From contig NW_003526941.1 of the NCBI RefSeq assembly GCF_000181795.1, forward strand, positions 688,266-752,265: a stretch of DNA of 64,000 nucleotides, given 5' to 3'. A program made the position numbers and the translations under genes. This DNA is from Trichinella spiralis (taxonomy: Eukaryota). Every line of letters begins with the position of its first letter. The stretch's first letter is position 1. This document shows positions 55,456 through 64,000 of the stretch, piece after piece. The notes beneath the pieces were generated by a model. The model searched no databases. It was given only the letters and a program-made list of their open reading frames with translations, and was not told the origin of the DNA.

Positions 55456-56236
55456 ATGATCCGTTTGCTAGAAAATTTATCAAGTCCTGTTAGTCAAAAA
55501 GAATTGCAGGTTATTTAGTATGGAAGACTTCTGTTATATTTATAAACATTTGGCTTTTTGTTCAGAATGCGGAAAGAAAGTTCATGTCCAATTATGAAAA
55601 GCATTCATCTTGGCGCTGTGCTGCTTTTGAATATGCATGTTGTTTATTGCGAAGCGGCGCAGCTGACGTTCGTAACGGTATAAGACTTTTTGAAGGTGAG
55701 TTGTTTGATGTCCGTTAAATGGTTGACTTTTTCATGGTGGCATGCTGTTTTAATTTTTTCTGGGTATTTTCTGTAATTAAAAATTAATATTTATTTTAGA
55801 TTTATTGGAAGCGAATGATAATGATGATGTAGATGAGGTTACTAATGATCAATGTATATTTTGCATGGCATTTGGATATTATCGTCTTGAAGTATTGATG
55901 TTTTCTTTCAGAATTCTGCAAACTATGTAAAATGTTACTTTTTTAGGAATACGCTACTTCATTGCGAATAATTAAAGGCCTTTTGGAAGTAAAACCTTGT
56001 TGCAAAGCCACACTTGATCTCCAAAAACGGGTCAACTATGAAATTACACTTCGTGAGTTTTTTTTTAATTTTTTGCAATCTATTTTTGCCACCGTTATAG
56101 TGAATACAATAAGCATTTTGAATTTTATCGCCAGTACTGTGTTTATTGTATTTTAGGTCGTATAAAATCTGCTTTGTGGGTCGCAGGTGGCATTAGCATT
56201 GGTATGTTATCAGTGATTAGGTATCTCAGGCCGTGA
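55456..56236 (+). CDS. FIS1: Mitochondrial fission protein FIS1-like (5 exons, ~153 aa; not in ORF track)
   Basis: Exons 55456-55509, 55566-55695, 55800-55891, 55947-56052 and 56157-56236 splice in frame to AFEYACCLLRS..DVRNGIRLFEDLL..QCIFCMAFGYYRLEEYATSLRIIKGLLEVKP, followed by a C-terminal transmembrane segment (ALWVAGGISIGMLSVI) and a basic tail. Confidence 0.87.
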
Positions 56237-56628
56237 AGACAGTAGCTACTGTTCACTATAGCTGTTCATTAGAAAAGAATTTGAAGACATGAAAATATTA
56301 TTTATATAGCTCGTACATTTTTTAGTATTGCAAACAGTTTTTCATATCACAATGAATGTGAAATTTTTGGTTTTTTTCATCTTGTAAGTACAGTGATTTC
56401 CATTATTATATTATTATTATCTACTAAGTTGTAGCTATTAAAAAAGTTTTAAAGTTCACTTTACACATTCATTGATGAATTTTAAATTTTGTATGAATGA
56501 AAGAACCTTTGTTTACATGTTTATACTGTATCTTTGCTTTAATAAAGTTTAAAGTGACGTTGTGAACTGAAAAATAAACTGTTTGAAATACATATGAAAA
56601 AATTCTTGCAGTAGGTCTCTCAGCAAAC

Positions 56629-57015
56629 ATGCTAATTTTTGTTTTAGTTCCGTTTGTGATTTTTATTTTTGGTCAGCTTATTTCAATAGCGATTCCACCA
56701 GCTATTCTATTTATGAACATATTGTGGCCTGTCTATTGCTGTTTCAAGTCGATGAAAACAAAGTGTGGACGTGAGAATTCAAAATGGCTAAAATATTGGA
56801 CAGTTTTGGGATTCTTGCATGTGATTGAATTTATTTTAGACTTGTTGATTATGCCTGTTCATTCGTGTAAAATATTGTTATTTATCCGATTTTGCATTTA
56901 TTTGTTTTTGTTGATTCCTTCTCTAGAAGGATCTTTGAAAATTTATGACAAACTGCACAACTATTTTCCTGCTTTAGAGAAATATTGCACAGCAGTCTGT
57001 ACAAATGATGGATGA
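56629..57015 (+). CDS. REEP/DP1/Yop1 (TB2/DP1/HVA22) family membrane protein, intronless
   Basis: ILWPVYCCFKSMKT..SKWLKYWTVLGFLHVIEFILD..FCIYLFLLIPSLEGSLKIYDKL matches the family pattern YPAYxSxKA..WLxYWxV..E..GaxxIY. Confidence 0.8.
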   Translation: MLIFVLVPFVIFIFGQLISIAIPPAILFMNILWPVYCCFKSMKTKCGRENSKWLKYWTVLGFLHVIEFILDLLIMPVHSCKILLFIRFCIYLFLLIPSLEGSLKIYDKLHNYFPALEKYCTAVCTNDG

Positions 57016-57688
57016 CATTCCACCATTATATTTAAAAATAAAAACCTATTCAACAATTCATTGCGTGGTTCATTTTCGTTTAATATAAAATGTCAAGAAC
57101 TTTTATATCGAAAATATTCATAGACAGCGAATGTTTTATAGCTTTTTGTGCATGTTTAAGTCTAAAAATCTTCAATTATTTATTTTCAAATGGTTATTTT
57201 TTAAGTTATAAGAAATTAATAAAATTCAGGCAATTCATCATCATTCACTTCAAGCAGTAAGGCAAAATTTATTCAGAAGGCAATATGCACAATTCTTTTT
57301 GTTTACTTAAATTCCTGGCTTTACAGTAAGTAATTTAATATTATCAGAATAAGTTACATGAATTAGTAAAAAAAAATGTATTTAACAACAATTACTAGAA
57401 ATTTAAAACAAAAAAAACAATATTGATTTGAACTATGTACCTTGCCTCTTAACGCTATACTGTAGTGTTATAAATGGTACCTGTATTTCCGTTTCTTACT
57501 GACTGGATGTAACTGTCGACGTGTGTATTTGAAGATTTGTATTTTCATGCGAATCATTTACCTATACTAATTGTTTTGCACGAATAGAATGCTTAAGATA
57601 ATTTTATAATGAACTAAAATAATATAGTTTGAATTTTTATTGAATTATATTGCAGCGAAAAGCTGTTTCGCGGTACAAGTGACCGAAG

Positions 57689-59541
57689 ATGCACCACATA
57701 AATGTCGGTCCAAAGCAAAAGGAATGGCTTTCCAAGGCAGAAGATGTCGCTGATGAGGTTGGTTTTATAACATATCATTATTCTAAAATGTATAATTTTA
57801 ATTTTATTGAGTGAATTCTGCATGCACTGCATTCACGGAATGTGTGCAAAGCGATTGGATGGGTTAAAATTTTAAAGATTTTTGTTCAACATTTAATATA
57901 TTTGTCTAATCAACTTGCATTTTTATTATTTTGTTTATTTATATTATAAAATAGAATCAATTGAATTTTTTGATAGCGTTGATAAACAAGCTGACTGAAA
58001 TTGTTGTCTCTATTTTTATGAATGATATTTTAAAATGAAACTTTCATTTTGAAAAATTGCATTATGTTCTACTTAATTGAATTCTGATTACAACTTAATA
58101 TTTTTCTTTAATATTTTTTTACATTGATTCAAGCGAGTATACTTAGAACTGTTAGTTGAATAAATATTTTTCTTTAATTTTTTTTACATTGATTCAAACG
58201 AGTATACTTAGAGCTGTTAGTTGAATACTTGTTGACGGCTGTTGACTTAGATAAATATTTTTCTCCTAGGTTCTATGATGATATTCAATTTCTTAATAGA
58301 TTATTCATTGTTATTAATTTGTAAAATTAGATTAATAAAAGTGGAATTGTTTTAGATTGTTTGTTTTATTTTGAGCCTAGGTAGCAGCGTAGTAGGTTGA
58401 ATTCATTTCATTAGGTAATTTTCAAGTTTTTAGGTACTGCGTCAGACGAAGCACATCTTGCCACATGTGGCTCGTCTTTGTCTGATATCGACGTTTATTG
58501 AAGACGCGTTGCGGATGTGGTTTCAATGGGGCCCCCAGCGCGAGTATATGCAAAGCACTTGGCCAGTGGGTTGGTTCTTAGCCACGCTGTTTGTTGCCTT
58601 CAACATGTTTGGTCAGTTGATTCCTTGCGTGCTGGTGATGATACGAAAGCACGTCACGGGCGCTTGTATTCTCCTGTTTTTCGTCGTTTTTCTCCAAGCA
58701 ATTGCTTATCAGATTGTTTTTGACTTCCGTTTTCTGTCAAGGTGAGAGAAATATCTTGAAAGTATTATTCTCGTTGCATTTTATCTATTTAAAATTTAAA
58801 TACAATTTTATCAATCGTACGCAAATTTGCGCAAGTTAGTCAGCGGGAAAGGATTTATTTTTCATTTGCTTTTCCGCGTTGCACTTGCGAATATTGTATC
58901 CGTTGGAATGTTGAGTTCCGTTTGAACCGCGTTCTGCGGTCTGGAACCAACATTTGCCGAGTAACCGAGAGTTGAACGCCGTTGTTGTAGTTTGTTCATA
59001 GAAGTTGCTCGTACAGTTGAAGAAAAAGAAATTCTATGCAGATTTTTCTTTTCGTAATTTGAATTTCTTTTTTTACCATTAAAGAAGCATCGCTATCGGC
59101 GGCGGTGTACTGCTGCTGTTGGCAGAGTGCCAAGCGGAGAATCAGTCGCTGTTTGCCGGCGTCCCTCAAACCGGCGACACTTACAAGCCGAAATCGTTGA
59201 TGCAACTGACCGGCCGTATACTGTTGGTATTCATGTTTATCTCTTTGATGCGAATCGAAGCAAGCCTGCTACGTATGCTGGAGCTGATCGTCGGCAGCGT
59301 GCTCATGGCGCTGATTTCGGTCGGCTACAAGACCAAGCTGACCGCATTGGTGCTGGTCGTCTGGCTGACTTGTTTGAATTTTTACCTGAATTCTTGGTGG
59401 ATGCTGTCACCAGAGCGTTACTACATCGACTTGGTCAAGTTTGACTTTTTCCAAACACTGTCCGTCATTGGTGGCTTGTTGCTGGTCATTGTGCTTGGTC
59501 CGGGTGGTGTCAGTGTTGACAGCTACAAGAAGCGGTGGTGA
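57689..59541 (+). CDS. SURF4: Surfeit locus protein 4 (ER cargo receptor); exons 57689-57757, 58434-58741, 59085-59541
   Basis: KAEDVADE / [32 protein letters not shown] / [64 protein letters not shown] with a di-lysine ER-retrieval end. Confidence 0.96.
58097..58227 (+). repeat. Tandem duplication of a ~65-bp unit in SURF4 intron 1
   Basis: aatatttttctttaat..acattgattcaa(g/a)cgagtatacttaga(a/g)ctgttagttgaata occurs twice head-to-tail. Confidence 0.92.
58830..58955 (+). ncRNA. Candidate intronic double-hairpin RNA (H/ACA-snoRNA-like) in SURF4 intron 2
   Basis: Two adjacent stem-loops in a GC-rich island, ~126 nt, ending ACAttt. The hinge lacks a perfect ANANNA. Confidence 0.4.
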
Positions 59542-59872
59542 AGTGACGAAATTATGCTTTTTAAAAAGTTCTTTTTTGTTTTCTTTATCGAAAATCAATC
59601 AGTAGGTTAACGAACATACAGCAATGCAGTTTTTTTGTTTTTAAAAAAGAAAATTTTTTTTTATTTCTTAACAATAATAATTCCAACAGTGCTGTGTGAT
59701 TTTTTTTCTTTACGTTGTTGCGAAAAATGCCGTCCATTTATATTATTATATATGTATATTATTTACATAATATTGTTTTGTTTGCAACGTGCATCTTTCG
59801 GTCTTGGTATATCGTTTGTGAAATACATACATATATGTGTTGACATGTGTGAAAAAAAGATCTTTATTTATT

Positions 59873-62800
59873 TTATATGAATTTGAAACATTTCTGATGT
59901 TGAGGTGGAATTTTCGTCTTGAATAATATCGAATCTAGACGAAACTGTGTATAGAGAAGCGGATTGTAGCCGTATATGCGTGTAAATTGGGCAATGCAGT
60001 CGTTCCTTTCGGCGTAGTGTTCCGCTTTGTTGGACAACGAATCAACGCACATCGGACAGGCGAATGTCCATCTGCTGGTCACCTGAATTGAATTGGACAA
60101 TTAATTTTCCACCTTTACAACAAATTTATTCATGCACGCTCACTTTGATCGGTGGCAAACGTGTCACGTGAGAAACGTAGAAGTTCATTGCCAAATCTTC
60201 GCAGTTCATAATTTTGTCGACGTGGTCACGTATCGCGCTCGGCATTTCGTACGTGTACTGATGCAAGTAATACTGAAGAAATTAACATAAACAATTTGCA
60301 CCCTATGAAATACACGTCGTCTGCATGTGGCATACTTTGTGCAGAAATGCCGCACCCGTTAATACCATCGACAGTTCGCAGGCATGTGAAGAATTATACA
60401 GCCAGCTTCGCTTGGACGAATCCCAGGCATGAAATCGGCCCGGAAATCCGACGATGCGATTTCTAGTTTCGCGCCAAACCCTGTGTGGAGTGTTACATTA
60501 AAATCAAAGAAATCATCCGAAATGAAATCCAAGAAATACCTACCGAAAAGCGAAAATAATTTCATCGTGGCGTAACTGGACATCATCATCAACTGACAGT
60601 ACAGCTTCGGTTTCAATTTCATCAAAAGGTAAAAAACGATTGTTCAAACTGTTCTGTTTCGGTTGTAAAACCTTGAAAAATAAACATATTTATGATAATT
60701 TGTTTAAAAAATACTTTATCTTCTTCTTTTATTTTGAAAGCACCACAATTGGAGCACTGAGCTCTGGCCAGATCATCTCAGTGGATGGTGGTTCGCTGTC
60801 GTTCCAGATGACAATAACTTTGTTCAAGTAAGGCAGATTGGCCAGTCGAAGTAGGGCGGCGGTCAACACTTTCTCACGCCGGTAAGTTAGCATCACAACT
60901 GTAGCATGCAATACACAATGAATGGGATCCGTTTAAGGTTAAAGGAAAACAAACAAACCCGTGAACTGTTCTTTGGGAAAATTGCCGCCCAACGCTTTAC
61001 TGAACTCTTTGCCATTGCCTCCGAGCCCACCATCAATCGGACGGAAGCCGAAATGTGATCCTAAAATGATTAAGTAAAAACAAACAAACAAATAAACAAA
61101 CAACATTTTTAACCCATGAATTTCGCCTCGGATGGCATTGGTCGAGCAAATGGGGACTGCGCGTGAAGATAAAATGGCGAAAAATGTACGTTCCACCAGT
61201 CGTACACATCGACAGAAGTTTGGCTAAAGTTACGCTTGAAAGATGGAGAATTGTAAGCCGATTCGACCGGCCCCAGAAATTCATTTCCATCAAGCGTGTT
61301 GAGCATTGCTGGCAGCGGTGACATCTGCATGGGATTGGAGTCGTTGTACAACCTTCGACCGCGTATTTGGCGTTGTGGAACGGGCAGCATCGTCAGCCTG
61401 GTGCGCACCAAGTCCACAGTTGAACGTACAACATCGTCAACAGTGCACAAATAGTGCTGCCAGAACAGTCGGCCCTGACGACGTAGTTCCAACAGTTCCG
61501 CATCGTCAAGACTTCTGGACAATAAAAGAAAAACGAAATTCACTCTTACTTTTGCAAATTCAAATCATATACCGTATGACAAAGTGAAGTTCAGGTAAAC
61601 GTGCAAGTGGTAATTTGACGACGGCCTTGCGCCAGTCTAATATTTCGTCAAACGGTAGGCGCACTTCGGTACTGAAAATTACAGGAATTGCTCCGAATTT
61701 CAACGACTCGTACAATCTCGACTGCAACAGATGAGAACTAATCACATGAGCATCAGGAACAACAATCAACGAAAATGTCGACTGTATCAACAAATCGTCC
61801 AGAACGTCAGACGTGTTTGAAAATTCAAAGTAAAACGCATCCAATGTTTTGCTGCTGGACATGGTTTCCAAAACGTCGTGGACAAGTTGTATTGGAATTA
61901 CTGGTGCAGCCGAATGCAAAATACAATCCACACAGGACAACAAATATTTACGCCTCGCCGGTGCTAATGCGGGTAATGAAATTAAGTCGCAACTGTTAGT
62001 GGAAAGTGAATACCAACTGGGGATTACAATATCCCATCCTGGACGAAAGGTTTCTTTCGAAAATGTACAATGGGCGAACACAGACAAATTCACACTGTTC
62101 AAATCAGTGGTTGCTTTTGTGTCCAATTGGAAGACTAAACAATTTTCAAATTTATCCAATTGTGACGACACTTTTGAATCTCCGACAGTTATTTTCACTT
62201 GTACACAAGCTTCTGAAAGTGAAAACAAGCGGGAATAATTTTTGGAAAAAACTAAACCAATTTCATTACCGTGAGAATCAGGTGATTGTGTGTATGGATT
62301 TTTCTCCAGAGAATTAATAGCAGCTTGGAAAACAGTGTGCATTTGTGATTGATCATCGAGAAATTGCATTTGCTCACGTTTGTATTGAACAGAAAAAGGC
62401 TTAGTCAAAGGACAACGAGTAAAATTCCAGCACGTATCCAACGTGCAAGTTGAATCGAGAATAAAAGAAAAATTGTACATTTGTGGCATGGCGGATATCC
62501 GACGCAACGGTAAGTGTACTTCTGGATAATTCGCTTCAACCGCATCTCTGTAATTGTCTTCAGCACTGGCAATTGCCATTTTCAGCGTGTTCAACTTGTA
62601 AACCATTGCTTGTACATTTTGTTGCATGTTTTCGGCATGTTTCCGCAACAAAGTTAATTCTGTTAACAGCGCTCCTCGTTTCTCCTCCAGCAATAATAAT
62701 TCATCATTTACAGAGTGCTTTAGACGGTTTAAATCTGCATTAGCATCAGTTTCTTCCAGCATATCAACACTGTACTGCGCCTCGTGGAAAAAATGAAAAG

Positions 62801-62984
62801 CATCCATCGGGAAAACGGCTGATTGTTGTTGTACAAGTGGCAAATTGGAATTGAATACTACAGGCCACAGCCATCGCATCCACATTATCATAGTGATCAA
62901 AAACAACGAAAATATAAAATATCTATATCTCAGAAGAGTACGTAAATAGAAACAGAAATAAAAATTGTAAAAATACCACAACAT
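59873..62984 (-). CDS. EXTL3: Exostosin-like 3 (RIB-2-like) heparan-sulfate GlcNAc transferase; start uncertain
   Basis: N-terminal transmembrane helix plus coiled coil; [78 protein letters not shown] (DxD); C-terminal [42 protein letters not shown]. Confidence 0.95.
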
Positions 62985-63573
62985 CAAGTCAAACTAACCA
63001 GTCTCTGTGCACAAAAAATGCGAATTGCCTGTAGCAAGTAAAACAATTTTAAATATTTTTTTGACATTTATTTCAAATCAAATTATTTCAGCAATCACGT
63101 AAGATTGAAATTACGCATCCATTTCTTTGAGACAATTACACATTTAGAGTAAAATTTATTGATGCACAAGGATTACATACAGTAATACTGTTTATAGTAT
63201 TCTTGCATACGTCCATGTGAATTAAACGAAGCTGTTCATTCTTCAGGTAATATTTTAAAATTCAAATAACATAAATGTTAAAATGCAATTAATTATGAAA
63301 AGATCTTTTATTAATATGAGAATAAATATTTGTTATTTGATTTAAAGTTAATAATAAAATCATCGAATAGCAGTTTTTTATGTAGAAAAATGTTTTGAAC
63401 TATCTTAATATATTTTACTCTAATTGTTATAATTTTTAAGTGATATAAAATTTTGCTAATGATTGTACCTGCAGTCAATATTAACATGCGGTAATGCACG
63501 CGATACTCTATTCCCGCCTTGTTGTATTTTAGCTAGTCGAAGGAATTACTGAAATTGAATACATTTCGTAAAA

Positions 63574-63726
63574 ATGGTGGAAATCAAAGCTGAAATGACA
63601 ACTCTTGATTATTTTGCTCCATTAATTGTTTTTGTTTTATTTTTTCTTATCATTTTTATCATCTCAGCAACGTGTATTCTGTGGTGTTGTATTGGAAAGG
63701 AAGACGAACAAACCGTCTTTTCTAAG
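63574..63726 (+). CDS. First coding exon of a small single-pass membrane protein (partial)
   Basis: (MVEIKAE)MTTLDYFAPLIVFVLFFLIIFIISATCILWCCIGKEDEQTVFSK followed by donor AG|GTTAGT; hydrophobic helix then Cys-Cys and an acidic patch; divergent from EXTL3. Confidence 0.6.
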
Positions 63727-64000
63727 GTTAGTTCTATTTTCTATTACTGATCCATTGTTTAATTTTTACATTGAATGTCAGTAACTTTTATATGTGCAAA
63801 TTGTGCGATGTTAATTTTTGTAATTTGTATTGAATTTGAAGTCATGTTTTTAATGCATTTTAATATTTTGCTTTCAGTATTTCTTATTTTTGTAATGCGC
63901 GTAGGACAGCGTTTGTTGTCACTGCTAGAACTGTAGAAAGAAAGACAAAAGCCGCGTTGTTATTTATTTTACTCTTATCAGATTTATATAATCTGAAAAT

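Overview
AT-rich, intron-dense eukaryotic genomic DNA. Short introns, TTTCAG/TTTTAG acceptors and the gene content point to a nematode, probably clade I such as Trichinella; this is inference only. The window has three zones. (1) 1-2946: 3' half of a HERC4-like HECT E3 ligase. (2) ~3300-19600: a gene-free block built from one family of decayed, nested repeats. It holds a ~2.85-kb near-perfect inverted repeat, two ~600-bp duplications and two scaffold gaps. Its centre is a motif-dense cassette: six ATGCAAAT octamers, eight GCCN3-4GGC sites, a 24-bp palindrome, then about a dozen consensus 5' splice sites (U1 snRNA 5'-end copies on the + strand) in ~240 bp. (3) 19930-64000: compact housekeeping genes in two co-oriented runs diverging from ~44-45 kb. 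Minus strand: TRIP12, tetraspanin, RPN2, DTD1, GTF3C5. Plus strand: C19orf47-like, DPH7, DDX3, FIS1, REEP-like, SURF4. These are followed by convergent EXTL3 and the first exon of a small membrane protein. Gene models were spliced by eye and names come from recognised motifs, not database searches. Best leads: the 5'-splice-site/U1 array with its adjacent motif cassette, a double-hairpin RNA candidate in a SURF4 intron, and an in-frame exon downstream of TRIP12 that could extend the tetraspanin.
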